A stretch of 64,000 bases of DNA, from positions 32,001-96,000 of IMG/VR virus record IMGVR_UViG_3300047091_000002; one strand, given 5' to 3'. Under the pieces are notes generated by a model. It had not been told where the DNA came from. It did not search any database and saw only the letters and a list, made by a program, of their open reading frames with translations. How positions within the stretch are numbered: position 1 is the first letter of the stretch; each line of letters starts with the position of its first letter. Source of the DNA: a virus. The translations under genes were made by a program, and so were the position numbers. Positions 47,391 to 56,911 of the stretch are shown here, piece after piece.

Positions 47391-47585
47391 CTAAAAACCT
47401 GTTAGTTTAGTGGCATTAGCGAATGCGAAAGCCATCATTCCCGCGATAGCGCACCATTTTCCAAGTTCGGCTATTTTTCGGTTAGTAACATCTAAGTAAA
47501 ATATAGTACCAACTATAAACATCAATATTGGCACAAGAGCTGTTAACATTTTAATATCTTCTATACTTATTATAGCAAATATCAT
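47391..47585 (-). CDS. small two-TM protein
   Basis: Two hydrophobic segments. Confidence 0.5.
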   Translation of the reverse strand: MIFAIISIEDIKMLTALVPILMFIVGTIFYLDVTNRKIAELGKWCAIAGMMAFAFANATKLTGF

Positions 47586-47602
47586 GCCAAACTATAAAAT
47601 CT

Positions 47603-47674
47603 CAAAAAAGGGTGGAACCGACTCCAGACACGGCAGGGTTTATGAGACCTAACTGTGGACTTCCTCTTTCCGCG
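47603..47674 (-). pseudogene. degenerate tRNA-Met(CAT)-like element
   Basis: GGT-CTCATAA-ACC anticodon arm, short D-like AGG-AAGT-CC, altered T loop; acceptor stem does not close. Confidence 0.25.
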
Positions 47675-47677
47675 AAT

Positions 47678-47839
47678 TTATTCGGTTCGAGATTCTACGA
47701 AATCGTACATGTGTTGAAACATGTCATTAGCAATAGTCACCAGTTCATTTCCTAGTGTTGAATTTGTTTCTAGTTCGATAGAAACCTTTTCAGATGCGAT
47801 TCCAATCTGTGTCTCTAAACCAGTTTTAATTTTTACCAT
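47678..47839 (-). CDS. 53-aa hypothetical protein (not in ORF track)
   Basis: MVKIKTGLETQIGIASEKVSIELETN...VESRTE*. Confidence 0.45.
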   Translation of the reverse strand: MVKIKTGLETQIGIASEKVSIELETNSTLGNELVTIANDMFQHMYDFVESRTE

Positions 47840-48076
47840 ATTTAACTCACTAAGTGTTAAAAGATTTTACAATAAAGATAGGCAAGTTAGGGGCACATTC
47901 TTGAAACCAAGGTACGTAATCATAAGCGTACCTATGACCGCAATTGATATTTATTTTTGATGGTACGACTATATTAGGCACGGATTCATACGCAGTCCGT
48001 AGAAACTTTACAAGTTCATACACCTTTAGATGCCTTAGAGACTCTGAAAAAATATCAACATTCCAAACTATCGTAT

Positions 48077-48724
48077 TTAACTCGCTAAATCTGCCTCTAA
48101 CTGCTCTTTCGATTTCGATTCATATCCTTCAAACGGATTGACTTGTTTCGGCTCACTCTTTTTATTTGAACCTGTCAAGGTAATTAACTGCAAATTAAAA
48201 TTCCGCATTTCCATTGAGATTCTAGTGATTGAGTTTATATGGCCCTGTCTGGCGTGAACTAATTTAAGGTAAAAATCTCTATCTGTTTCTGCGAACTTCT
48301 CTCCCGACGGTATAGTACCTGGATGCAATTCAGGATTAAACTCTACGGATTTTCCACCTGATAGTAAGTAGTTAATACCTCTATCCAACTCTGCTATCTT
48401 ACTATTAATTTCGTGTAACTTAACTATTAAAGAGCCTATCATCCGGCGGGTAGATTCTATTAACTTTAGTTTCTCAAGTTCGGGATCTCGAATTTCGAGT
48501 TCCCGCTTCATCAACTCTACCGCAGCCATTACAGCATCTTCTTTTACATTTCGTTCTTTACGAAATCTAATGGCTACTGCGGTTTCACTTTCACCGCTTA
48601 TAACAGAGTCCCAAATCTCACAAGCCTCGGATTGGCTTACATATTCACGAGGTCTTCCAGTTCTGGTTTTTTCTTCTGGAATTAATTCTTTAATTTGTTC
48701 AAAAAGTTCTTCTGCTGGTTGCAT
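48077..48724 (-). CDS. putative terminase small subunit
   Basis: N-terminal GRP/HTH-like segment, helical body, upstream of terL. Confidence 0.55.
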   Translation of the reverse strand: MQPAEELFEQIKELIPEEKTRTGRPREYVSQSEACEIWDSVISGESETAVAIRFRKERNVKEDAVMAAVELMKRELEIRDPELEKLKLIESTRRMIGSLIVKLHEINSKIAELDRGINYLLSGGKSVEFNPELHPGTIPSGEKFAETDRDFYLKLVHARQGHINSITRISMEMRNFNLQLITLTGSNKKSEPKQVNPFEGYESKSKEQLEADLAS

Positions 48725-48830
48725 ATTCTAGGAGGTGGTAGGTCAACACTATGCAAGTCTAAGCTCGCTTATCCGTTTTAATTACGGGGCGCAATGCGCT
48801 ATTAGAGTGTCTAGCACCCATCTTCACCCC

Positions 48831-48989
48831 CTAGAAACTTTTTATACTCTGTCGAACTAGAGATTCTTTAAACTGCCTAAGAAGTTCAGGCTTATTCTTA
48901 GCCTTGGCTTCCTTCTCTACTTTTTCCTGAATCTCTTTTGTCAGTAAGTCTTTAGCCAACTGCTGAATACTGGGAACCATCGAATTCAT
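48831..48989 (-). CDS. 52-aa hypothetical protein (not in ORF track)
   Basis: MNSMVPSIQQLAKDLLTKEIQEKVEKE...SIKSF*. Confidence 0.4.
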   Translation of the reverse strand: MNSMVPSIQQLAKDLLTKEIQEKVEKEAKAKNKPELLRQFKESLVRQSIKSF

Positions 48990-49113
48990 TTTTATTTTAT
49001 CCTCTACTATTAATATATTATTTAATGAATTAGTTACTATAATTTTTGTAACTTATTGAAAACAAAATAGATAGTATATGGACTTTTTCCGTGCATACCG
49101 GCTCCATAATTCG

Positions 49114-49764
49114 CTATATTCTACTATCTATTGCACTTATTGACACGGAATTCTGCTCCACTTGATTTCGATAATCATCATAAGAAAAATTTCCACGATT
49201 TAAAGCCTTACGATTCTCTCTTAACCACTTGTTTACTTCAGGATCATTACCATAACGATCCTTTAAATCTCTGTAATTGCTCTTTCTAGGACGACCTGCT
49301 TTGGATTTAAGTGCATCTAGTTTCTTTCTCTTTATATCAGGAATAGAAAAATCCGATACATAGTGAATTATTGCATCTTCAATATCCCCGGTTTTCTTAC
49401 GGGCTAAATCACAATCAATCTTAAAACATAAAGCCCAGGGATAACTCATTCCTGAGTAAGATAGAGATGATTGAGGGGCATAAAGAGATCCCGCTGTAGT
49501 ATATTGAAACTTTAATGGTTTTTGCCCATCACCATCTTTAATCATTATCGGCTTAACGCTCACCGCATTACGATAATTCTTCTTTTTTAATCCAACGTGA
49601 TTTTCATCATCGTGGACTACGGAAACATCATAATTCCCGTGACGCAAATAAACACGCACCATCGTCTTATAATGAGTTCGCACAGGAGCCGCAAGTTTAT
49701 TATATATTTGTTTTAGTTGCTCAATGGAATTATAATCCGGTAATTTATCTTCTTTATGTACCAT
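49114..49764 (-). CDS. hypothetical basic protein (possible DNA binding)
   Basis: 216 aa; GRPRK AT-hook-like motif. Confidence 0.6.
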   Translation of the reverse strand: MVHKEDKLPDYNSIEQLKQIYNKLAAPVRTHYKTMVRVYLRHGNYDVSVVHDDENHVGLKKKNYRNAVSVKPIMIKDGDGQKPLKFQYTTAGSLYAPQSSLSYSGMSYPWALCFKIDCDLARKKTGDIEDAIIHYVSDFSIPDIKRKKLDALKSKAGRPRKSNYRDLKDRYGNDPEVNKWLRENRKALNRGNFSYDDYRNQVEQNSVSISAIDSRI

Positions 49765-49775
49765 AATTAAAGTAG

Positions 49776-49793
49776 GGGAGGATTTCTCCTCCC
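49776..49793 (-). terminator. hairpin with GAAA loop
   Basis: GGGAGGA-GAAA-TCCTCCC on - strand after the 49805-50230 gene. Confidence 0.55.
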
Positions 49794-49804
49794 GTGAAGT
49801 ACCA

Positions 49805-50230
49805 TTAAAGAATTTTTATCATCGCTGATTCTGCAATGACTCGTCTAGTATCTAAATCAAAGCTGACAAAGGAGGCTGTGGCAACAAAGTTTCCAGTAAC
49901 CCCGGAAGGAATAACATAATGAAATGTGTCCTGATCGGCAGATTCCCCCGCAAGGGTTTTCTGACCAGAAAATATCTCATCTATAGTTCCATCAGGTCTT
50001 GTCATAGTAACCGTTAACAAGAAATCACCCGATCCCATATGACAATTCTGGTACTTCACATCCATAATTATTTCAACAGGATTTAACGGATCATCTACAA
50101 AAATATCCGGTATCTGAGCAGGCAGACAATCCATGCAAACAGGCGCAGCATGGATTGCCGTAGCAAACTGGACAGCAAATCCAAAAACAAACAAACTGAC
50201 GAGTATTAGTGTGGCTAGAACTTTCTTCAT
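49805..50230 (-). CDS. secreted/periplasmic Ig-like beta protein
   Basis: Signal peptide MKKVLATLILVSLFVFGFA; beta-sandwich-like pattern; RBS AAGGAG. Confidence 0.65.
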   Translation of the reverse strand: MKKVLATLILVSLFVFGFAVQFATAIHAAPVCMDCLPAQIPDIFVDDPLNPVEIIMDVKYQNCHMGSGDFLLTVTMTRPDGTIDEIFSGQKTLAGESADQDTFHYVIPSGVTGNFVATASFVSFDLDTRRVIAESAMIKIL

Positions 50231-50401
50231 TATTCTCCTTGTATTTTTTTAAAGTTGTACCGCATTCACGGCATCTCCAGTCACAAGTACCAGCTTTCGT
50301 CCAACAATCACTATACGATTAGGTAGCCGGATCATGGTCGTTTTAAACCGACTTGATACCGATGGATTTTCTAGTAACGAATTACTTTCCATACATTAGA
50401 T

Positions 50402-50430
50402 AGTGTAACATATATTTCATTATTTGTCAA
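50402..50430 (-). promoter_or_regulatory. sigma70-type promoter
   Basis: TTGACA-17 nt-TACACT with extended -10 TG. Confidence 0.7.
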
Positions 50431-50453
50431 GCTTTATTCTTAACTATATGAAT

Positions 50454-50801
50454 CTATTGATCATAAGCGTCTTGAATTGCCTCATCTAGTCTACGCAATA
50501 AAGCTTCTGCATCACACTGTTCCCAAATAGCAAATAATTGATCGTTATCGAACATACCGTCTCTATAGGTGTCGTCAAAATCCATAAGTAGACCTGTGCC
50601 ATAACTTCTAGCATCAAATAACTTATCGGAGAATTCTATAGTATCATTACAAGCAATTGCACTATTTATTTTTTGATACCGGAAATCATTCTCATAAGAT
50701 TCATCCTTAATACATAAATCTCCAAATATACAAGGTTCATATTTAGAGAATAATGTGCCTTTTGGCAAACTTAGAAAAGTCTCACGATTAACTATTTTCA
50801 T
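50454..50801 (-). CDS. conserved-type phage hypothetical protein
   Basis: MKIVNRETFLSLPKGTLFSKYEPCIFGDLCIK. Confidence 0.65.
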   Translation of the reverse strand: MKIVNRETFLSLPKGTLFSKYEPCIFGDLCIKDESYENDFRYQKINSAIACNDTIEFSDKLFDARSYGTGLLMDFDDTYRDGMFDNDQLFAIWEQCDAEALLRRLDEAIQDAYDQ

Positions 50802-51012
50802 ATTTCTCTGTAACTAAAGTAGTTTCTTTTCTATTCATATACTCTAATTGATATTTTAACCACTCGTTTATTTTATAATCCCTTAACGACTGCAAATCAC
50901 AGCAGGAATTAAATAATAGACTTAATCTGCAAAGATCCTTGTAGGTAAGATCTATTTTTTCTAAATTCATATTATATTCCATATATTCGCTTATCCCAAT
51001 AAGACTTTTCAA
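50788..51012 (-). CDS. hypothetical protein
   Basis: Overlapping, coupled ORF. Confidence 0.5.
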   Translation of the reverse strand: MKSLIGISEYMEYNMNLEKIDLTYKDLCRLSLLFNSCCDLQSLRDYKINEWLKYQLEYMNRKETTLVTEKYENS

Positions 51013-51129
51013 TCTCAGTTAAATCTTCATAAACTTTAAAGCCTTCCCCGGTCCAATATTTCCAAATCGGCGGACCTCATTTAATAGGATTAGACTTAGG
51101 TAATTCAATAGTTTCTAAATCAGAATTAC

Positions 51130-51582
51130 TCATTTAATTGTTCCGTATTGTTTAAGTCTGCCGATGATCTTATCATAACATATCTCTGAACAGGCAAGAA
51201 TAGATGCAATTCCCTCTGAATTTTCCTGCTTATAGCATACCCAATCTCGTTCAGAAGAATACTTATTTGCTACAGCCTTAGTACCAAGTTCAAAAATTCC
51301 GCATTCAGCGCAGATAAACATTTTATTTATGTAGGAAAATCTCTCAGGATAAAGAGACCTTATTGTGGTATCTCTAATACCCTCGAATTCATCATCCTTT
51401 ACTAAACCAAATTTAACGTGTGGATGTAAATAATCCGTAATAAATCTGTAGTCATTTTGTAATTTTATATTATCTAAACTCATAATTCCCCTTTTCCAAA
51501 CTTTTCCGCCCCTATCTCCAATAAAGTATTCCCTATAGCAGAAAGCGTAACTAATAGAAGAAGAAAGATAATTAGTTCCCAA
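51130..51582 (-). CDS. hypothetical protein (likely start MSLDN; CxxC motifs)
   Basis: CAECG...CSEICY. Confidence 0.5.
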   Translation of the reverse strand: MGTNYLSSSISYAFCYREYFIGDRGGKVWKRGIMSLDNIKLQNDYRFITDYLHPHVKFGLVKDDEFEGIRDTTIRSLYPERFSYINKMFICAECGIFELGTKAVANKYSSERDWVCYKQENSEGIASILACSEICYDKIIGRLKQYGTIK

Positions 51583-51671
51583 TCCGGTAAGCCCCCGTCA
51601 ATACCAAATAATATAATAGTGAAAATAAGGACCGCATCTATAAACCATCTAAGAATTCTATATTTAAACAC
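51480..51671 (-). CDS. small two-TM protein, leaderless
   Basis: GTG 6 nt after the -10 box. Confidence 0.55.
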   Translation of the reverse strand: MFKYRILRWFIDAVLIFTIILFGIDGGLPDWELIIFLLLLVTLSAIGNTLLEIGAEKFGKGEL

Positions 51672-51677
51672 TATGAT

Positions 51678-51706
51678 ATTATAACATAATTAAATTAATT
51701 TGTCAA
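51678..51706 (-). promoter_or_regulatory. perfect sigma70 consensus promoter
   Basis: TTGACA-17 nt-TATAAT with extended -10 TG. Confidence 0.8.
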
Positions 51707-51719
51707 GTATTAAAGTGCA

Positions 51720-52930
51720 ATATTTAAAACTTTTGAAAAGTATAGAAAATATATTAGGAAAATATCGAAATGTGTGAAGTGCCTAATCTTATCTAATTCT
51801 AAATTTCTATCTAAACTTAACAAAATCCAACATTTAGAAAGATTAAAATCGATAAGCATTTATTTAGAGAGACAGTGAAGACTTTTGATAAACCTTTCTC
51901 GCCACAATACCCTTAATATTTATATATATTTTATATAAGATTAGAGCAATTTATATACCAGGTTGATGTGGCTAGTGAGAACTTTCTCTTTCAGAGAAAG
52001 AGCGTTTTTGTTCCTTTGTTTTCTATACCTTAATCAATACTGACTGGTAGGTAGGTAGAACTACCGTTTGGTAGGTGATTATATATGTTGATATATATAG
52101 AGTTATAAAGCGTTTAGTAGATGATACATAGGTGTGGGAATAAGGTATATATAGTTCTATTATGAAACATAAGAGAATAAATATAATAGAATGAATATGT
52201 TAGATAAAGCCTAACATATATTTATCTACTACATTTGTAGTTAGTTGCACAATAATGCAGCACTACTCTGCGATGAGAGGGTGTCATTTATGTTGAGGTT
52301 TTTGATGTTTTTCTAAAAATAGATGTGCAGGAGTATAATGATAAAATCGGGTGCTTAGAAAGATATATAAATATCATAAGTATATGATAATAAATAAGAT
52401 AATGAATAAATAAATATAATAAGATAGACTAGATGCATTGAGAAGTAGACAGAGTATTAGAGTATCATATCTCTATAGCTATATACTACTATCTATCTAA
52501 GTATAAGAAAATAAAGAAGTAAGTATAATAAAAGAAAATAGATATAAATATCGTAAATATAAGAAAAGAATAGAGATAATAGAAATAGAGTGAATGTAGA
52601 CAGTACATATCCTTATCTATTCGGTATATTATATGGTACTAACTAGGAAAGTATATCTATATAGTTTGGTATATGGTTCATGCTGTATCTTGTGGCGTGT
52701 ATAGGGCTATGTAATTGTTATACATCCTTATCTGCTTACTATCTTGTAGAGTGTGCATTGTGATGTGTAAGGCAGTATGATTATACTGCTATACTCTCTA
52801 TAGCATGTGCAGTGCATAGATGTTGTTATCTATAGGGTATATCCGTATATGCTATGGTGGGCCAGTGTGTTGTAGCCCTTATATGTCCTATATAGAGGAA
52901 TAGTTCTATTGAGCTTGTGTTGTATACGTT
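51720..52930. other. AT-rich non-coding strand-switch region (candidate genome end, origin or pac region)
   Basis: No ORF of 60 aa or more; divergent promoters flank it; C-poor purine tract at ~52330-52600. Confidence 0.5.
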
Positions 52931-52936
52931 TTTATA

Positions 52937-52966
52937 TTGACATTCCCTTATACTCTATGTTATACC
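52937..52966 (+). promoter_or_regulatory. sigma70-like promoter
   Basis: TTGACA-18 nt-TATACC with TG upstream of -10. Confidence 0.5.
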
Positions 52967-53004
52967 CTTTATTCGGTTCTAAATTTTAGGTTGGAGGGTA
53001 GGAA

Positions 53005-53142
53005 ATGAACAATCAGTGTGCAGCAGTTATTCTAGTTTTAGTAGCAATCGTCGTTGTGTGGGGCGATATTCTTATTCATAACAGCAAGGTGGTAAGGGTG
53101 GCAGGTAAGGGTAGCGCAGGCAGTAAGTATAGCAAAAGATAG
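53005..53142 (+). CDS. 45-aa single-TM peptide (not in ORF track)
   Basis: RBS GGAGG; MNNQCAAVILVLVAIVVVWGDILIH...; own promoter and terminator. Confidence 0.55.
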   Translation: MNNQCAAVILVLVAIVVVWGDILIHNSKVVRVAGKGSAGSKYSKR

Positions 53143-53173
53143 TTGTAGGTCAATAAATTCTCATCGAATGTAT

Positions 53174-53203
53174 AGGCTAGGCTATCGCAGTCTAGCCTTT
53201 TTT
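53174..53203 (+). terminator. intrinsic terminator (AGGCTAG family)
   Basis: AGGCTAG...CTAGCCT-TTTTT. Confidence 0.75.
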
Positions 53204-53797
53204 GTGTCTACTCGACTATTTTAGCTGCGTTAGCTTAAACTGCGTTAGCATCTTTAGTTTGTAAGCCTGTAATTAGTAATGTCTAATCTATTAGTATTAC
53301 AGTATCATCGTTCCTGTAATTCCCTTTTCAGTAAGTCTATATCTCTTGTGTCACACTATATAAGATTTATTTATTTAGTGTATAAGGTTTATATAGAAAA
53401 CCGGGGATTTATCGCATTATCGGACTCAAGTTAAGTTGTTCATTCTAAAGGTAGTTAGGGGAAGTGCAAAAAAGGGTATACCGCAGTACCCTCTACATCT
53501 GGGCTTTGATGAGTCTACTATATTAGTTTCTATCAGTTACAAGGGTTTCAACAGGAAAAGGGCAAGTTGTGGAAAACTCGTTACAGGGCATCCTAGAGCG
53601 TTTTTTCTGGCATTATAGTTGCTTCGCGTGTGCGCGTTCTATTCTACTCTATTTCGAGATAATAAGATGTAATTTGTAAAACAGGATATATCTCTTACAA
53701 AGTAGTTTGTAAGTATCTATCAAGAGTACAGAGGTTACTTCAAGTTCCTTGAGCAAGTGCTATGCCAATTATTTTTATATATTCCTTTATTTTTTGC

Positions 53798-53825
53798 TTG
53801 ACATTAGTTTGAATCTGTAGATAAT
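53798..53825 (+). promoter_or_regulatory. sigma70-like promoter
   Basis: TTGACA-16 nt-GATAAT. Confidence 0.5.
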
Positions 53826-54097
53826 AGGGGCTGTCGCAGGAAAGCGGCAAAATCGAGCAAGGCGCGGGGAGCGCAAGGATTTGAATAAACCAAGTGGCTT
53901 GCGCGATTAACTCGAAAGGGTGAAAGGCAAGTTTAGAATAAAGGTTTGTAACTTGCGAAGTTGTTTACTGGCTAGACTTTGATTCGCTTAGATGTTCGAT
54001 TCTAACCGATGAAATCCGCAAGTAAAAGATAGATAAAATGCAACCAGTATCTACAGTATTTAATAAAAGAAAAGGCTAGGCGCAAGTCTAGCCTTTT
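53826..54097 (+). ncRNA. candidate ~270-nt structured ncRNA or leader
   Basis: ORF-free, GC-richer, several hairpins (CTC-GAAA-GGG inside CTTGC/GCAAG; TTAGA-TGTTCGAT-TCTAA); bounded by a promoter and a terminator. Confidence 0.5.
54070..54097 (+). terminator. intrinsic terminator (AGGCTAG family, GCAA loop)
   Basis: AAAAGGCTAGGC-GCAA-GTCTAGCCTTTT. Confidence 0.8.
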
Positions 54098-54106
54098 GGG
54101 GTTGTT

Positions 54107-54298
54107 ATGGTCAAAAGTGAGATCAAAAGAGGGATGCGAGTATATGATTGCCGGTCAATGCGATATGGTATCGTATTGGCGGTTTTTTCTTCTAGTGTGA
54201 AACTGAGACTTGAGGATAGACAAGGCGAGGTTAGAAAGTATCCTCTTGAGACTGTTTCCTCAGTTTCGACTATAAGTAAAGAGAGGGTAATTCTATGA
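54107..54298 (+). CDS. small SH3/KOW-like protein
   Basis: IKRGMRVYD...YGIVLAV...VKLRL; ATGA coupling to the next gene. Confidence 0.55.
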   Translation: MVKSEIKRGMRVYDCRSMRYGIVLAVFSSSVKLRLEDRQGEVRKYPLETVSSVSTISKERVIL

Positions 54299-55323
54299 AT
54301 AAAAATGCTAGAAAAAAGGCATATAAGGCGAGTGAAGAAAAGAGCTTGCATACTCGCAAGATAGTACCCTCAGAGGGTATATCAGCTATTTTAGTTGATA
54401 AGCAAGTAGCGGCAAGCATAAAGCGAATAGTAAATGATAAGGTAGATACCGCGCTACTTCGTGAGCGCATAGGGCTATTTTCTCGATTAGATAAGATTAG
54501 TTTTGAATCTTCTTTCGCTTTGCAAGTAAAATCACTTAAGGTAATATTATTTGCCTCAGATGGTTCGAGTAGGCGTATCGGAGCGGGAAGGCGTAATGAT
54601 GTACTTAGTATGTCTTATAAGCCTAATGCGGGTTCGCATCAAAGGGGTGATACGCACAGGCGAGAATGGACAGAGCTTAAAAAACTAAATGTTCATACAC
54701 CCTCTAAGCTCTTAACCCGCTCTGCTCTAATAGATGCAGAGTTTTTGACTGCTAGGGTGGAAGGCAAATTGATTGAATTTTTATCGGGATCAATGAGGGC
54801 AATTACCCTTGCCACTTCGGGCAATAACGTAGCGGTATCGGGAAGTCAATATAATGACTTTCAATTAATTCGCAAACGCAAGGGCAATAAGCAATTAGCA
54901 AGCAAGTCGGATGCGGGGGGATTTGTATATCACTCCAAATTTGAATATAGCGGACCTATTAACGCAGAAGGGGAACGGGGAACCATAATCGGTATCCCTG
55001 CTGGCAGGCGTAAATTTGATAAAGAAGGTAATAAAATTGAGTACGCCAGCGATGAACCAGAATTGCCTGTTGATTTATCAACTAAAACTATCCCTGAATC
55101 TAAATCAAGGGTGGGCAACGCAAGGAAAGAAATTCGATTTGGCAAGGCTGATACCCGCAAACCGGCGGTGGGGGCTGATCCTGCGAAGTTAGATTATTAT
55201 CGCAGAATAGATAAAGAATCGGCTTTGCGCGAATCAAAATTGATTGTAGCGTCACTTGTTGCGCGTTCTTCAATCGAGATTGTTTTAACTCTTTTAGCTA
55301 CTCAAATTAACCTATTTGAGTAA
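54295..55323 (+). CDS. orphan basic early protein
   Basis: 342-aa ORF rich in K/R/S. Confidence 0.65.
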   Translation: MNKNARKKAYKASEEKSLHTRKIVPSEGISAILVDKQVAASIKRIVNDKVDTALLRERIGLFSRLDKISFESSFALQVKSLKVILFASDGSSRRIGAGRRNDVLSMSYKPNAGSHQRGDTHRREWTELKKLNVHTPSKLLTRSALIDAEFLTARVEGKLIEFLSGSMRAITLATSGNNVAVSGSQYNDFQLIRKRKGNKQLASKSDAGGFVYHSKFEYSGPINAEGERGTIIGIPAGRRKFDKEGNKIEYASDEPELPVDLSTKTIPESKSRVGNARKEIRFGKADTRKPAVGADPAKLDYYRRIDKESALRESKLIVASLVARSSIEIVLTLLATQINLFE

Positions 55324-55375
55324 ATGTTGCGATAGTCTCTAAAGAGTCAGTTAGTACAGTAGAATACCCTCTCTT

Positions 55376-55408
55376 ATGCCTAGACTCTTAAATGAGTCTA
55401 GGCATTTT
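55376..55408 (+). terminator. intrinsic terminator
   Basis: ATGCCTAGACTC / GAGTCTAGGCAT 12-bp stem, then TTT. Confidence 0.8.
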
Positions 55409-55454
55409 GTATTGAGTAGTCCTTTGATTACTCTAATTTAACTTAAAAAGGAAA

Positions 55455-56462
55455 ATGAACCCTATGACTAATGAAGTGAACAACTTAACAGATGCAAGCG
55501 CATCTGAGGTAACTAACAATGCAACAGAACAGAAGAAAACTCCTAAACCAGCGAAGCAAGTAACCCAATCTCAACCTAGCCTGATGGAACGGGCTATCGG
55601 ATATTGCAGGCAGCTTGATAAAGAAATCAAGAGAGAGGGGAAGGCTGGCGCAGGGATTAGCCGCGATGCGGCGATTGCAGAGACTCAAGAGAGTATGCGG
55701 TTGATGTTTGCAATTACCGTGCTAGGTACTTTCGCGACTGTCGCAAAGCTTTTCAGGCAATATCACACTAGACTCAAATCAGAGGTAGAAAACTTTGATG
55801 AAGGTCTATTCTGGAAGGATGATAAGATTGCTCAAGAGATAATCAACCGGGCATCAAGCTCGATTGATACTGAGCTTAACGGTACGCCTAAATTGACTAA
55901 AGAGGGCACTGTTAAATACAAGCGTGATAAGGTAGTGTCACGCCTAGCTAACATAGTTGCCCCCTTGATTCAATTAGGAATTAGGTCAGAGGATATTATG
56001 CTACGTCTAATGCTCAAGATGAAATTGGACTCTAGCGCCGATTTCGCAAAAGCATTAGATACGGTAGTTAGAGGGTGTGAATTGTTTCGTCCGGTTTACT
56101 CAGCCGTGCGGTATCTCAAATATGCGGGTCTAATTGTTGCAAAGAAGGAAGATAAACAGCAAGAATTTGACTTGTACAGAGTGATTGCGAATCGGGCTGA
56201 CATTGATGGATTGACAAGTCAAGGGGCTGCAAATGCGCTTAATGATGTAGTCAATACCGCGTATCAGTTTTTTACAAAAGAGCCGTCGAAGATACTTACT
56301 CCTGAGCAAGTTGCGTTCGTAGTGGAACAAGTAAATGCTCATAACGCAGGAGTTAGAGCGAGAATTCAGAAGGGAGAGAAGAAAGCGGACATCCCTAGCC
56401 TGTTGTGGGAAAATGTCAAGCTGGCAAAGTCTAACGCCGCGAGCGCTGGCACAAATGCGTAA
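55455..56462 (+). CDS. orphan helical early protein
   Basis: 335 aa; RBS AAGGA. Confidence 0.7.
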   Translation: MNPMTNEVNNLTDASASEVTNNATEQKKTPKPAKQVTQSQPSLMERAIGYCRQLDKEIKREGKAGAGISRDAAIAETQESMRLMFAITVLGTFATVAKLFRQYHTRLKSEVENFDEGLFWKDDKIAQEIINRASSSIDTELNGTPKLTKEGTVKYKRDKVVSRLANIVAPLIQLGIRSEDIMLRLMLKMKLDSSADFAKALDTVVRGCELFRPVYSAVRYLKYAGLIVAKKEDKQQEFDLYRVIANRADIDGLTSQGAANALNDVVNTAYQFFTKEPSKILTPEQVAFVVEQVNAHNAGVRARIQKGEKKADIPSLLWENVKLAKSNAASAGTNA

Positions 56463-56497
56463 GTAATCAAGGGTAAATCACTACAAGTAGACCGTTT

Positions 56498-56529
56498 AAG
56501 GTTAGGTACTGAGAAGTATCTAGCCTTTT
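56498..56529 (+). terminator. intrinsic terminator (GAGA loop)
   Basis: AAGGTTAGGTACT-GAGA-AGTATCTAGCCTT-TT. Confidence 0.75.
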
Positions 56530-56707
56530 GCGGTTGAATAGTTTGATTGAATGCTCCCGTTTAGGCGATACTTTGCAACAACTAAGCAACAAGTCTAAGT
56601 TGAATTCTAGCTATAGGTTACGAATAAGTTAACTAGATAGCAGATTCTAAAATGATTAGTTTGTGTGCGGGTATCGCCTATTACTAAATTAGTGAAGGAG
56701 GAAGAGT

Positions 56708-56854
56708 ATGCCTGAGAACTTTGAAAGCAGTTTAGTATCTGAATTTACTCAAAACTGGATTGACGATCTACAGGCTAAGATTAAAGCAAAAGGACTCAAT
56801 CCAAATATGGTTAGGTACGTATGCGAAGATTGCGACCAGAATTCTTACGCATAA
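56708..56854 (+). CDS. 48-aa protein with CxxC (not in ORF track)
   Basis: RBS AAGGAGG; MPENFESSLVSEFTQNWIDDLQ...YVCEDCDQNSYA*. Confidence 0.55.
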   Translation: MPENFESSLVSEFTQNWIDDLQAKIKAKGLNPNMVRYVCEDCDQNSYA

Positions 56855-56911
56855 GGGGGGTAAGCTATGAAACCAAGCTGCGGGGTTTTAATTTCTGACT
56901 AACAGAATAAA

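Noticed and set aside
47645-47670. RNase P RNA (GAGGAAGTCC on -)
   Set aside because: One base short of GAGGAAAGTCC, only ~90 nt of free space, and no matching 3' P4 strand
49805-50230. c-type cytochrome
   Set aside because: CMDCL lacks the His of CxxCH
53826-54097. tmRNA or c-di-GMP-I riboswitch
   Set aside because: The GGGGCTG start has no complementary 3' acceptor strand or CCA and no tag ORF; the GGCAAA...GCGCAA resemblance lacks the proper P2 GAAA arrangement
56867-56902. Nudix-like N-terminus (MKPSCGVLISD*) disrupted by the endonuclease
   Set aside because: Only 11 codons and no downstream Nudix box was found
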